Counted from the stretch's first letter, positions 22,841 through 34,071 are shown. The stretch: DNA of 64,000 bases from an uncultured Gemmatimonadaceae bacterium (GCA_963843845.1 CAWJMB010000002.1:1600001-1664000), one strand, 5' to 3'. A program made the numbers and translations. Notes: generated by a model not told the origin, from the sequence alone.

Positions 22841-24273
22841 ATGGCACAGCACGACGCGTCAGCGGCAGCGAGAGTACGTCGGCGGGTCCGTCACGGTCGA
22901 GAACGGGCGCGTCACCGTCGGCGACGCGCGGGCGCTTGCAGAGCGAAGCGTTCGACGCGCTCGTGCGCACAGGCCGTGTTCGGGACCGATGAGGAGAAGG
23001 AGCTCGCCCGCTGGATCGTCTGGGAGGTCGGGCAGGCGGTGGGCGTGCGGCCGGCGTCGATCCACGAGCTGTACATGGCGCGCGGGTCGCGGCGAAGTGA
23101 GCGGCTTCACCGTGCCGGCGATCAACGTGCGCGGCGCGTCGTACGACACGGCCCGCGCGATCTTCCGCACCGCCATCGCGCTCGACGCCGGCGCCTTCAT
23201 CCTCGAGATCGCGCGTTCGGAGATCGCGTACACCGAGCAGCGCCCCGCCGAGTACGTGACCGTGATGCTGGGCGCCGCGCTCCGCGAGGGATTCCGGGGG
23301 CCGGTGTTCATCCAGGGCGACCACTTCCAGGTGAGCGCGAAGAAGTTCGCGGTCGACCCGGTGACGGAAGTCAACGCCGTGAAACAGCTCGCGCTCGAGG
23401 CGGTTCACGCGGGCTTCTACAACATCGATATCGATACGTCGACGCTCGTCGACCTGTCGTACGGATCGCTCGACGAGCAGCAGCGCCGCAACTACGAGAC
23501 GGCCGCCGAGCTCACGAAGTACGTGCGCGAGATCGAGCCGGAGGGCGTGACGATCTCGGTCGGCGGCGAGATCGGCGAGGTCGGCACCGAGAACTCGACG
23601 CCGGAAGAGCTGCGGGCGTTCATGACCGGCTTCAACCAGGTGCTCGCCGAGATGGCGCCGGGCGTCGCCGGACTCTCGAAGATCAGCGTGCAGAGCGGCA
23701 CGTCGCACGGCGGGATCGTGCTCGCCGACGGATCGATCGCCGACGTCGCCCTCGACCTCGAGACGCTGCGGCTGTTGGGCGAGATCGCGCGGAACGAGTA
23801 CGGCATGTCCGGCGCGGTGCAGCACGGCGCGTCGACACTCCCCGACTCGGCGTTCAACGCGTTCCCGACGACGCGAGACCGCGGAGATCCACCTCGCGAC
23901 GAACTTCCAGAACATGCTGTACGATCATCTGCCGGCGGCGCTGCGGCAGGAGATCTACGCGTGGCTGGACACGAACGCCGCAGGAGGAGCGCAAGGCGAC
24001 GGACACGACGAGCAGTTCTACTACAAGACGCGCAAGAAGGCGCTCGGGCCCGTTCAAGCGAGCGCTTCTGGGACCTCGACGCCGCGGCGAAGGCGCGGAT
24101 CGCCGCGTCCTACGACGCGAAGTTCACGTTCCTGTTCACCCAGCTCGCGATCGGCGGGACGCGCGGACGCCGTGTCGCGGTTCGTCACGATGCCCGAGCA
24201 GCATCGCCCGATGCCGACGAGCGGCCGCGCCGCGATCGACGCCGCGCCGGACGATGCCGACCTGAGCGACTGA
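22841..24273 (+). CDS. class II fructose-bisphosphate aldolase; multiple frameshifts
   Basis: [78 protein letters not shown]. Confidence 0.88.
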
Positions 24274-24279
24274 CGACGG

Positions 24280-24960
24280 TTGTCTCAGCGGACCGTTCCA
24301 CACCCGGAGCCCGGCGACAAGACGCTCGCCGGGCTCTGGTCGTTCACCTACGCGGAACTGCTCGCGCGAGGCGCACACGACGTCAACAACGCGCTGAACG
24401 GAGCGATGATGAACGTGACGGTGGTGCAGGCGCGCGCACGCCCGGGCGCTGACGCCGGCGCGATCACCTCGTTCGCCGCGGCGGCGGGCGCACAGCTCGA
24501 GGACGTGGCCGCGCTCGTCGAGGCGATGCTGGCGCTCGGCCGGCCGCACCGCGGGAGCCTCGACGCCGCGACGATCGCGTGCCACACCGCGACGCTGCTG
24601 CGGCCGTCGACGGTGCATCGCGGGATCCGACTCACCGTCGACGGTGATCGGAGCGCGCCGGTGACCGCCGACCCCACCGCCGTCCGGCTCGCGATCGTCG
24701 CGGCGCTCCTCGCCGTCACGACGGCCGAGTTCGCTGGAACGGAAGGTGCGGACGCCCCCGGGGCTCCGACGTCGGCCGTTCGGTGTACGATTCTCCCCGA
24801 CGACGCGTCGGCCGCGCACATTCTCTCTATCACGCCGCGCCGCGGCGCCGAGCTGTCGCTCGCCATCCGACGCGCGCTCTCGGCGGGCGGCGTCGCCGTC
24901 ACGCATGACGATGAGGCGCTCCGGCTCGTCTTCCCGACGACCTGCGCCGCTTCCCTCTAG
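24280..24960 (+). CDS. hypothetical protein with a histidine-kinase H-box-like motif
   Basis: '[14 protein letters not shown]' resembles a HisKA H-box; no recognisable N/G boxes; lies just upstream of a response regulator. Confidence 0.6.
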   Translation: MSQRTVPHPEPGDKTLAGLWSFTYAELLARGAHDVNNALNGAMMNVTVVQARARPGADAGAITSFAAAAGAQLEDVAALVEAMLALGRPHRGSLDAATIACHTATLLRPSTVHRGIRLTVDGDRSAPVTADPTAVRLAIVAALLAVTTAEFAGTEGADAPGAPTSAVRCTILPDDASAAHILSITPRRGAELSLAIRRALSAGGVAVTHDDEALRLVFPTTCAASL

Positions 24961-24982
24961 ACCGACCGATTCCGGCACCTCG

Positions 24983-26638
24983 ATGGCACCGAAGCACCCC
25001 AAGATCCTCATCGCCGACGACGACTCGAAGGCGCGCATCCCGCTCACCGCGATCCTCGAGTCCGAGGGCTACACGGTCGAGGCGGTCGACGATGGGCAGA
25101 AGGCGCTCGATCTGCTCGCCGACGGCTCGTTCGGCCTCGTGCTCGCCGACCTCAAGATGCCGAAGGTGAACGGGATCGAGCTGCTCCAGGCGATGCGCGA
25201 GCGCGGGATCGGCACCGAGTTCGTGATGATCACCGGCGAGGGTGGGACCGACGTCGCGATCCAGGCGATGCGCGATGGCGCCGCCGACTACATCGAGAAG
25301 CCGCTGAACGCCGAGCGGCTCAGCAAGCTCAAGGCGCAGATCCCGCGGCTGCTGGAAGGCTTCGCGCTGCAGGCGAAGAACCGCGAGCTCGAGACGAAGC
25401 TCGAAGGGCTCACGCATTACGGCGCGCTGATCGGCCAGAGTGAGGGGATGCGCGCCGTCTACGACATGATCGACCGCGTCGCGCCCTCCCTCGCGAGCGT
25501 GCTCATCCTCGGCGAGAGCGGAACGGGCAAGGAGCTCGTCGCCGACGCGATCCACAAGAAGAGCGATCGCGCCAAGGGCCCGTTCTACGCGCTCAACTGC
25601 GCCGCGCTGCCGAAGGAGATCCTCGAGAACCTCCTGTTCGGCCACGAGAAGGGCGCGTTCACGGGCTCGACGAACGAGAAGGCCGGCGCGTTCGAGGAGG
25701 CGTCTGGCGGCACGATCTTCCTCGACGAAGTCGCGGAGATGGCGCCCGACATCCAGGTCAAGCTGCTGCGGTCGCTCGAGACGCGAACCGTGCGGCGACT
25801 CGGCGGGAAGCGCGAGATTCCGGTCGACATCCGCATCGTCGCTGCGACGAACAAGGATCTGCAGAAGGCGATCAGCGAGAACGAGCTGCGCGAGGATCTC
25901 TACTACCGACTCGCCGTCGTCGAGGTCGACCTGCCGCCGCTGCGCGACCGCGGCAGCGACGTGCAACTCATCGCGCGCGAGTTCCTCGCGCGATTCGCGC
26001 GCGACAACGGCAAGAAGGTCGACGGCTTCGACGACGCGGCGATGCAGTGGATCAATGCCTACTACGTGGCCGGGCAACGTTCGCGAGCTGCGCAACGCGG
26101 TCGAGAAGGCTGTCATCCTCGCGCGCGGCGCCAAGGTCACGCTCGACGACATCACGTCGCGCCGCCACCGGGCGTTCATCGCCGAGGCGAGCGGCCCGAT
26201 CACGGTGCCCGTCGGGTCGACGCTCGCGGAAGCGCGGAAGCACCTCGTGCTGCGCAACTTCGCGGCGAGCGGCGGCGACCTGGCCCAGACGGCGAAGACG
26301 AGCGGTATGACCGTCGCCGACGTGCGCGCGGAGCTGCTCGCGATGATCGAGCGACGCACCGGCGACTGCGACCGACTCGACCGAGGCGATCGACACTGCC
26401 GGACGCGACGGCGGCCGACGGTGCCGCCCCGCCTGCGAGCCGAGACGCGTCGCCGAGCGATCAGCCGCCACCCGTCGTGCTGCCGCCGAACGTCGCGTCG
26501 CCGGTCGGCAAGCCCTCGAAATCGCCGGCGACGGCACGAAGGGACGAAAGTCGGGCTGAAAGTCGACGGGCTGAGGGCTGCCGCGCACGACACATGCTTG
26601 GCATCTTCGCGCGCGAGGTCATACGCGGCAGTTCGTGA
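24983..26638 (+). CDS. sigma54-dependent response regulator (NtrC family); frameshifted near 26065, end uncertain
   Basis: REC domain (ILIADDD, DLKMP, KP), AAA+ GESGTGKE, FGHEKGAFTGS, FLDEV, REDLYYRL, WPGNVRELRN. Confidence 0.9.
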   Translation: MAPKHPKILIADDDSKARIPLTAILESEGYTVEAVDDGQKALDLLADGSFGLVLADLKMPKVNGIELLQAMRERGIGTEFVMITGEGGTDVAIQAMRDGAADYIEKPLNAERLSKLKAQIPRLLEGFALQAKNRELETKLEGLTHYGALIGQSEGMRAVYDMIDRVAPSLASVLILGESGTGKELVADAIHKKSDRAKGPFYALNCAALPKEILENLLFGHEKGAFTGSTNEKAGAFEEASGGTIFLDEVAEMAPDIQVKLLRSLETRTVRRLGGKREIPVDIRIVAATNKDLQKAISENELREDLYYRLAVVEVDLPPLRDRGSDVQLIAREFLARFARDNGKKVDGFDDAAMQWINAYYVAGQRSRAAQRGREGCHPRARRQGHARRHHVAPPPGVHRRGERPDHGARRVDARGSAEAPRAAQLRGERRRPGPDGEDERYDRRRRARGAARDDRATHRRLRPTRPRRSTLPDATAADGAAPPASRDASPSDQPPPVVLPPNVASPVGKPSKSPATARRDESRAESRRAEGCRARHMLGIFAREVIRGSS

Positions 26639-26664
26639 GACGCGGTCCCTCTGGAGAGCCTGGC

Positions 26665-27190
26665 ATGCGCGACGACGAGTTCGACGACGAGCCGTACCTG
26701 ATCATCGAGAAGAACAACGGGAGCGTCGGCTCCTTCCTGGTCGGCGTGGCGATCGGCGCCGGGGTGGCGCTGCTGCTCGCGCCGCAAGACCGGCGAGGAG
26801 ACGCGCGCCGACATCGCGCGGCAGGCGCGGCAGGCGCGCGACCGCGCACGCGATTTCGCTGACGACGTCGGCGACACCGTGACCACCCGCATCAGCAGCG
26901 CGCGCGACGCCGTGAGCGATCGCGTCGACCGCGCGCGTCAGGCCGTCGACCTCAAGCGCCGGCAGGTCGAGCGCGCGGTCGAGGCGGGTCGCGCCGCGGC
27001 GCACCAGGCGCGCGAGGATCTGGAGCGGCGGATCGCACAGACCAAGGCGGCCTACCAGGCCGGCACGAGCGCGGCGCTCGACACGCTCGACGCCGGAGCG
27101 GCCGGAGCGGCGCTCACCGACCCGTTCGCGGACCACGCCTCGGGTGATGAAGGGAGTGTGGGCGGCTCGGGAGTGGTCGGCGCGGTCTGA
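26665..27190 (+). CDS. YtxH domain-containing protein; frameshift near 26790
   Basis: 'SFLVGVAIGAGVALLLAP..G.ETR' followed by an amphipathic helical region. Confidence 0.85.
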
Positions 27191-27272
27191 CGCGCCCGCC
27201 GTCGCCACGCTGACTCCTCCACTGGTTCCCGAGCGCCGCCGCGTCCGTCCGGCGCTCGGCCGCGCGGGGTGG

Positions 27273-28145
27273 ATGCTTCGCGACTACGCGAAGCGCGTGT
27301 ACGACAACTCCGGCGAGGACAACATCTTCTTCCTCGCCGGCGGGCTGGCGTTCAACATCCTGCTCGCGGTCGTGCCGTTCGCGCTGTTGCTGCTGACGGG
27401 ACTCGCGTCGCTCCTCCACCAGTCCGCCGAGGCCTCGACGCAGACGATCTCGGCGCTCGTCGATCGACTGCTGCCGGGGAATCTCGCCGGCCAGAACGAT
27501 CTGCTGTCGGGAATCATCGCCGACGCCGTTCGCACCCGCGGCAAGATCGGGGTCATCAGCGCGATCACGTTCGTCTGGTTCTCGACACGGCTGTTCGGGT
27601 CGCTGCGCTCGGTGCTCGCGGACGTCTTCGACATCGAGCAGGAGCGGGGCATCCTCGCTGGCAAGCTGTTCGACATCCAGATCACGATCGTGTCCACGAT
27701 CCTGCTCGTGATCTACACGGCGCTGAACGCCTACCTCGCGATCGCGACCTCGCGCGGCGTGCAGGTGCTCCAGCGACTCGGCGTGCGCGCCGACGTCATG
27801 GGTGGGCTCGAATACTGGTCGGGGCGCGCGCTCGCGTTCGCGTTCATCGCCGCGATGTTCTACGGGCTGTACAAGTACCTGCCGATCCGCAGAGTGCGAT
27901 GGCAGACGGCGCTGCTCGCCGCGATGTTCACCGGCGCGATGCTCGAGCTCGCGAAGGCGGCGTTCGCCTACTACATCGCGCGCTTCGATCCGGGATCGCT
28001 GTACACGGGGACGCTCGCCGCGTTCGTGATCCTCGTCGTCTGGGTGTACTACGCCGCGCTCATCTTCATCCTCGGCGGCGAGGTCGCGCAGGTGTACGAG
28101 CTGCGGCGTGTGCGGCGGCGCCAGCGCGTTCTCCTCGAAGACTGA
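27273..28145 (+). CDS. YihY/virulence factor BrkB family membrane protein (start uncertain)
   Basis: 'DNIFFLAGGLAFNILLAVVPF', 'LYKYLP', 'LYTGTLAAFVILVVWVYYAALIFILGGEV'. Confidence 0.9.
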   Translation: MLRDYAKRVYDNSGEDNIFFLAGGLAFNILLAVVPFALLLLTGLASLLHQSAEASTQTISALVDRLLPGNLAGQNDLLSGIIADAVRTRGKIGVISAITFVWFSTRLFGSLRSVLADVFDIEQERGILAGKLFDIQITIVSTILLVIYTALNAYLAIATSRGVQVLQRLGVRADVMGGLEYWSGRALAFAFIAAMFYGLYKYLPIRRVRWQTALLAAMFTGAMLELAKAAFAYYIARFDPGSLYTGTLAAFVILVVWVYYAALIFILGGEVAQVYELRRVRRRQRVLLED

Positions 28146-28158
28146 GCGCGACGTGCGA

Positions 28159-28173
28159 TGGCGTGAAGGTTGC
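28159..28173 (+). promoter_or_regulatory. putative sigma54 (-24/-12) promoter
   Basis: TGGCGTGAAGGTTGC fits GG-N10-GC with TTGC; 33 nt upstream of a start codon that has a GGAGG RBS. Confidence 0.65.
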
Positions 28174-28206
28174 CAATGCTAGCAGCACACCCTCTAGGAG
28201 GCATCT

Positions 28207-28434
28207 GTGCGCAAGACCATTCTCGCCATCGCCTGTGTCGCCGCGCTCGGCGCGTGTAAGAAGACGGGAGCCGGGGAGTACGAAGTCGAGAAGCCGGTCG
28301 TCGGCACGCAGACGGACACGATCCACACCCCGACCGTCGACGTCGGGACCAAGGTCGACACGATCAGCACACCGACGGTCGAGATGAAGAAGACCGAGGT
28401 GAAGGTGCCGACGGTCGACGTGAAGCGCCCCTGA
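28207..28434 (+). CDS. small lipoprotein with internal repeats
   Basis: Lipobox LGAC, AGGAGG RBS, repeats DTIHTPTVDV / DTISTPTVEM / EVKVPTVDV. Confidence 0.8.
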   Translation: MRKTILAIACVAALGACKKTGAGEYEVEKPVVGTQTDTIHTPTVDVGTKVDTISTPTVEMKKTEVKVPTVDVKRP

Positions 28435-28467
28435 GCCTCCGCGTGCGGCGCCGCTACGTTGCGCCGC

Positions 28468-29550
28468 ATGACGAACGTTCAATCCGCTGCGATCGATCTC
28501 CGCAGCGACACTGTCACGAAGCCGACTTCGGCGATGCGCCATGCCATGGCGAACGCCGAGGTCGGCGACGACGTGCTCGACGGCGACCCGACCGTCAGGC
28601 GGCTCGAGGCGCGCGTGTGCGAGCTGTTGGGCACGCAGCGCGCGCTGTTCTTCCCGACGGGCACTATGGCGAACCAGGCCGCGCTGTGGCTCCTCGCGCG
28701 GCGCGGCACGGACTTCTTCGTCGACCCGACGAGCCACATCGTCGAGACCGAGCACGCGGCCGCGGCCGCGCTCGTCGGTATCCAGGTGCGCGCGGTCGTG
28801 CCGAGACCAGGCACACGCCGGTTCGACGCGGAGGCGCTCGCCGAGGCCGCGGCCGTACACGCGCACCGCGCGAGCCTCGTCTGCGTCGAGAACACGCACA
28901 ACGGTGCCGGCGGCTCGGCGCTCTCGGCCGCCGAGTTCGATGCGATCGCGGCGGTCGCGCGTACGCACCGACTCCCCGTGCACCTCGACGGCGCGCGCTT
29001 GTGGAATGCGGCCGCCGCCACCGGCGATAGCGAAGCGCGCCTCGCGACGGGCGCCGATACGGTGATGGTGTCGTTCTCGAAGGGGCTCGGCGCGCCGGTC
29101 GGCGCGGCGCTGACCGGATCCTCTGCCGCCATGGAGGACGCCACCGTCGTGCGACGACGGCTCGGTGGCGCGATGCGGCAGTCGGGCGTGCTCGCGGCGG
29201 CGGCGTTGCACGCGATCGAGCACCACCGGGAACGGCTCGTCGAGGACCACGCGAACGCGCGACTCCTCGGCGGCCTCGTCGACGGTGCCGGCGGGGCCCG
29301 CGTCGTGCCACCCGATACGAACATCGTCATGATCGACCTGCCACGGCCGGACGCCGGCGCCGTCGCGGCGCGGCTGGCGGCGGTCGGCGTTCGGGTCGCG
29401 GTGTGGACGCCGACCCGGCTGCGCGCCGTGACCCATCTCGACGTCGGAACGACCGACGTGCGGTCGGCGGCGGCGCAGATCGCCCGCGTGCTCGAAGCCG
29501 CGGGCTCGGGCCGCGCAGAGCACGTTGATTCGCCGGGCCGATCGCGGTAA
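28468..29550 (+). CDS. ltaE: low-specificity L-threonine aldolase
   Basis: IDLRSDTVTKP, GDDV..DPTV, TGTMANQ, ENTHN, HLDGARLWNA, SFSKGLGAPVG, GGAMRQSG. Confidence 0.92.
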   Translation: MTNVQSAAIDLRSDTVTKPTSAMRHAMANAEVGDDVLDGDPTVRRLEARVCELLGTQRALFFPTGTMANQAALWLLARRGTDFFVDPTSHIVETEHAAAAALVGIQVRAVVPRPGTRRFDAEALAEAAAVHAHRASLVCVENTHNGAGGSALSAAEFDAIAAVARTHRLPVHLDGARLWNAAAATGDSEARLATGADTVMVSFSKGLGAPVGAALTGSSAAMEDATVVRRRLGGAMRQSGVLAAAALHAIEHHRERLVEDHANARLLGGLVDGAGGARVVPPDTNIVMIDLPRPDAGAVAARLAAVGVRVAVWTPTRLRAVTHLDVGTTDVRSAAAQIARVLEAAGSGRAEHVDSPGRSR

Positions 29551-29553
29551 CTT
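29525..29553 (+). promoter_or_regulatory. putative sigma70 promoter of ffs
   Basis: TTGATT, 17 nt, TAACTT, ending about 6 nt before the SRP RNA stem. Confidence 0.6.
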
Positions 29554-29558
29554 CACTG

Positions 29559-29658
29559 TGCTCCAGGTCCCGGAGGGCGTGAGCCCGCTAATCCGGTCAG
29601 GACCCCGCAGGTAGCAGCCGCGTGTGGTGTCTCACGTAGCTCCGTCAGACCTGGAGTA
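29559..29658 (+). ncRNA. ffs: signal recognition particle RNA (small bacterial SRP)
   Basis: Terminal stem TGCTCCAGGTC/GACCTGGAGTA; helix-8 motif TCAGG-ACC...GGT-AGCAGC; usual position upstream of dnaX. Confidence 0.88.
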
Positions 29659-29773
29659 TCCGGCCGGCCGCCGACCCGCGAGGGTGGCGCCGGCCGGTTC
29701 GCGTCTCCGGTATATTGGGACGACGCGCGTCGAGCGGTGCTCCGCGCCCCACCTCGCATCTCGTCACGGTTTC

Positions 29774-31543
29774 ATGGCTCTCGCCCTCGCGCGCAAGTAC
29801 CGGCCGAAGTCATTCGCCGAGGTCGCCGTGCAGTCGCACGTGTCGAACACGCTGAAAGGGGCGATCGCGCGCGGGCGCGTCGCGCACGGCTACCTGCTGT
29901 GCGGCCCGCGCGGCACCGGCAAGACGACGCTCGCCCGCGTGCTCGCGATGGCGCTCAACTGCGAGGTGCGCGGCGCCAGAGCGGACGGCGAGCCGTGTGG
30001 CGAGTGCGCGAGCTGTCGCCGCATCTGGAGCGGCGCGTCGAGCCTCGACGTCGTCGAGATCGACGCGGCCAGCAACCGCAGCGTCGACGACGCGCGCGAC
30101 CTGCGCGAGCGCGCCATGTACGCGCCGACCGGCGACGACCGCTACAAGGTGTACATCGTCGACGAGGCGCACATGCTCACGCGCGAGGCGTGGAACGCGC
30201 TGCTCAAGGTGCTCGAGGAGCCGCCGCCGCGCGTCGTGTTCGTGTTCGCGACGACCGAGCCGCAGAAGATCGCGCAGACCGCGGCGCCCATCCTCAGTCG
30301 GCTGCAGCGCTTCGACCTCAAGCGCATCGGGCCGGCGGAGATCCGCGAGCGGCTCGCCGCGGTGCTCACGACCGAGAACGTGCCGTTCGAGAGCGAAGCG
30401 TTGGGGATGATCGCCCGCGCGGCGGACGGCGGACTGCGCGACGCGCTCTCCCTCACCGACCAGGTGCTGTCGTTAGGCGCCGACGCCCAGGTCACCGCGG
30501 AGCGCGTCGTCGAGGCGCTGGGGCTCGTGCCGGAAGACGAGTATCTCGCGATCGTCGACCTCATCGCGGAGCGGCGGGCGCGGCGACGTGTTCGGGGCCG
30601 TGGCCCGCCTCGCGGACGAGGGGGTCGACTTCGCCCTGTTCCTCACCGGGCTGGGCGACGTGTTGCGCGCGCATGCTCGCCGTGGCGCTGGGCGGCGCGC
30701 CGCCGGACGCGAGCGAGCGGCTGCGCGCCGGCGCTCGACGCGCGGCGCGATACGATCGCCTCGGCGATCTCCTGCGCATGCTGCAGCTGCTCGTCGAGCT
30801 CGAGCCGCGCTTTCGCAAGAGCGGGCAGCAGCGACTCCTGCTCGAGACGCTGCTCGTTCGCTTCGCGCTCATGGACCGCGCGGTCGACCTCGAGTCCGTG
30901 CTGCGCGAGCTGGGGGGCGAGTCGCGCGGTGCGGCAGTGCGCCGCGGGCGGGGCCGCCGCGTCGCCGGCGAGCGAGCGCACGCCGCGCTCCGTGCCGGTC
31001 GCACGCGACGCCGTGCCGACCCGCGCGGCGCCGACGAGTCCGGCCCCGCGGGCCGTCGCGCCGGCGCGCGACTGGGCGCCCCTGGAGACGCCCGAGCGAC
31101 CTCGCGGCGCCCCGATCGACCGGTCGATCGGGCGCCTCGGCGACCGCCGTGCTCGATCGACCGGTCGTCGACGTGGCCGTGCTCGCCGAGCGCTGGGAGG
31201 AGGTGGTCGACCGCGCGCGCGCGACGCGCCCGCTCGTCGCCTCGGCGCTCGCCGCGTCGATTCCCATGGCGCTCTCGGCGACCGGCGTCGTCACGATCGA
31301 GCTGCAGGACGCCGATCAACTGCTGCCGCTCGAGAACCGGGCGGACGAGGTCCTCGCGGCGGTCCGCGCCGTCGTGCCCTCGGCGTCGCGCGTCGTCGTC
31401 CGTGCGCCGGCGCAGGCCGCGCCGGTCGAGCGGCTGACCACCGAACGGTGCGCGCCGAGCGCCTCGCCTCGCTCACCCGACGCGACCCGACGCTGGGCGC
31501 GGCGATCGAGACGCTCGACCTCGAGATCCTCGACGGCGAGTAG
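29774..31543 (+). CDS. dnaX: DNA polymerase III subunit gamma/tau; multiple frameshifts after 30580
   Basis: LARKYRP, GPRGTGKTT, EIDAASN, IVDEAHML, LLKVLEEPP, GGLRDALS. Confidence 0.95.
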   Translation: MALALARKYRPKSFAEVAVQSHVSNTLKGAIARGRVAHGYLLCGPRGTGKTTLARVLAMALNCEVRGARADGEPCGECASCRRIWSGASSLDVVEIDAASNRSVDDARDLRERAMYAPTGDDRYKVYIVDEAHMLTREAWNALLKVLEEPPPRVVFVFATTEPQKIAQTAAPILSRLQRFDLKRIGPAEIRERLAAVLTTENVPFESEALGMIARAADGGLRDALSLTDQVLSLGADAQVTAERVVEALGLVPEDEYLAIVDLIAERRARRRVRGRGPPRGRGGRLRPVPHRAGRRVARACSPWRWAARRRTRASGCAPALDARRDTIASAISCACCSCSSSSSRAFARAGSSDSCSRRCSFASRSWTARSTSSPCCASWGASRAVRQCAAGGAAASPASERTPRSVPVARDAVPTRAAPTSPAPRAVAPARDWAPLETPERPRGAPIDRSIGRLGDRRARSTGRRRGRARRALGGGGRPRARDAPARRLGARRVDSHGALGDRRRHDRAAGRRSTAAAREPGGRGPRGGPRRRALGVARRRPCAGAGRAGRAADHRTVRAERLASLTRRDPTLGAAIETLDLEILDGE

Positions 31544-31561
31544 CCCGATTAGCTTTCGCGC

Positions 31562-31877
31562 ATGGACATCATGAAGCTGATGCAGCAAGCGCAGGAGATG
31601 CAGGGGCGCTTGCAGCAAATGCAGGACGAGCTCGCGCAGCAGACCGTCACCGGCACGGCGGGGGGCGGCATGGTCACCGTCGAGGCGGACGGGCAGGGAA
31701 CCGTGCGGCGCGTCAAGATCGACCCGAGCGTCGTCGTCCCCGACGACGTCGAGATGCTCGAGGACCTCGTCATCGTGGCCGTGGCCGATGCGCAGCGACG
31801 GGCGGCCGAGCTCCAGCAATCGCAGATGGGCGGAGCTCACCGGCGGGTTGGATCTGCCGTTCAGGCTTCCGTTCTGA
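31562..31877 (+). CDS. ybaB: YbaB/EbfC nucleoid-associated protein; frameshift near the end
   Basis: MQQAQEMQ, GTAGGGMVTV, DVEMLEDLV; position between dnaX and recR. Confidence 0.92.
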
Positions 31878-31896
31878 TTTCCCGCGGTCGTAGCTC

Positions 31897-32495
31897 GTGT
31901 CCGCGATCGACGATCTGGCCACCGAGCTGTCGAAGCTCCCGGGCATCGGCCGCAAGACGGCGCTGCGCCTCACGTATTATCTGCTGAAGCAGCGACCCGA
32001 GCAGGGCCGCCGCCTCGCCGACGCGCTCACGACGCTCGCCGAGCGGGTGCGCCCGTGCGCGCGCTGCTTCAACCTCACTGAAGACGAGCTGTGCGCCGTC
32101 TGCCGCGACCCGCGCCGTGACGCCGACGCAGATCTGCGCGGTCGAAGAGGCGTCCGACATCGGCGCGATCGAGCGAGCGGGTGAGTATCGCGGGCTCTAC
32201 CACGTGCTGGGCGGACGCCTGTCCCCCCTCGACGGCGTCACGCCCGACGACCTCACGATCGCGCAGCTCGTCGATCGGGCGGGGCGCGATGGCGTGCGCG
32301 AGGTGATCCTCGCGACGAATCCGAGCATGGAGGGGGAGGCGACCGCGCTGTTCGTACAGCGTGCAGCTCTCGGCGGCGAGCCACGGGATCGCCGTGACGC
32401 GCATCGCGCGCGGACTGCCCGTCGGCGGTGATCTCGAGTACGCCGACGGCGTGACGATCGCGCAGGCGCTCTCGGCGCGGCGGGAGATGGCGTGA
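31897..32495 (+). CDS. recR: recombination mediator RecR; frameshifted
   Basis: [13 protein letters not shown]4 zinc finger, [41 protein letters not shown]. Confidence 0.95.
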
Positions 32496-32779
32496 TGCGA
32501 CGCCGCGGTCAGGTCGCGGCCGGGTTCGTCGCAGGAGTGGTCGTCGGCGCGGCGGCGTGGGTGCGCGTCGTGGCGCAGAGCCGCCGCGGGTTGTTCAGCC
32601 GCCACCCCGTGCGCCGGTTCGCGGCCATTAGTTACCTCGGCGCCCATCCGAGCGTAGATACGGTGCGGCTGCTGAAGGATTACATCGCCTGGGAGCCGCG
32701 TCCTCTCCTCCGGCGGCGAGCGCGGCGCGTGCTGCGCGGCGCCGAGCGGACGGTCGAGGCGCAGCAGTCCGGACCCTAG
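32492..32779 (+). CDS. small hypothetical protein, N-terminal TM anchor
   Basis: Overlaps the recR stop; TM helix then '[16 protein letters not shown]...LLKDYIAWE'. Confidence 0.7.
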   Translation: MMRRRGQVAAGFVAGVVVGAAAWVRVVAQSRRGLFSRHPVRRFAAISYLGAHPSVDTVRLLKDYIAWEPRPLLRRRARRVLRGAERTVEAQQSGP

Positions 32780-32790
32780 TAGACCCACGC

Positions 32791-33310
32791 ATGGCGGCAG
32801 GCGCGGCGAGCTGGTCGTTCACCGAGGACGACTTCCGACGCGATCACGACGTCGCTCCAACGATTCCTCTACGATAGCAACGCGCGCTGCGCGCTGCTCG
32901 TCGACCGCAGCGGGCAGCTCGTCGCGACGGTCGGCGAGGCGCCGACGTTCGATGCCACCGCGTTCGCGTCGCTCACCGCCGCGGACTTCAGCGCGAACGA
33001 CCAGCTCGCGCGGCTGATCGGCGAAGACGACTTCACACGCTCTTTCACCAGGGCGAGCGGAGTCGATGTACCTCGCCGACGTCGCGCGCCGCATCATCCT
33101 CGTCGTGCTGTTCGACAACCGCACGACGCTGGGCCTCGTCCGACTGAAGATGCAGCGATGCGGTCGAGCGAGCTGACGACCGCTGTTCGACGGCGTGTTC
33201 GCGCCCGGCGGTGGGGACGGCGTCGCGACGTCGCTCTCGCACGCGTAGGCATCGCCCACGGCGACCTGCTCGCCGGCGCGGACGACGAGATCGACCGCCT
33301 GTTCCAGTAG
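32791..33310 (+). CDS. mglB: roadblock/LC7 protein MglB; frameshifted
   Basis: '[15 protein letters not shown]...[28 protein letters not shown]...[14 protein letters not shown]...DDEIDRLF'. Confidence 0.88.
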
Positions 33311-33321
33311 GAGCCGACGCG

Positions 33322-34002
<681 letters not shown>

Positions 34003-34071
34003 CGCGATTCGCGTGGCGGGTGCGTCTCGCGCGCCCTGCCGTCGTCGAGCGACGAGGTCTATCTTGCCGCG

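Noticed and set aside
19150..24273. pyk, pgi and aldolase as true pseudogenes
   Set aside because: All catalytic motifs and codon bias are intact, and indels also hit essential genes such as dnaX, so error is more likely.
30560..31460. Programmed ribosomal frameshift in dnaX (tau/gamma)
   Set aside because: No slippery A-tract seen. There are several frame changes, like those in neighbouring genes, best explained as sequence errors.
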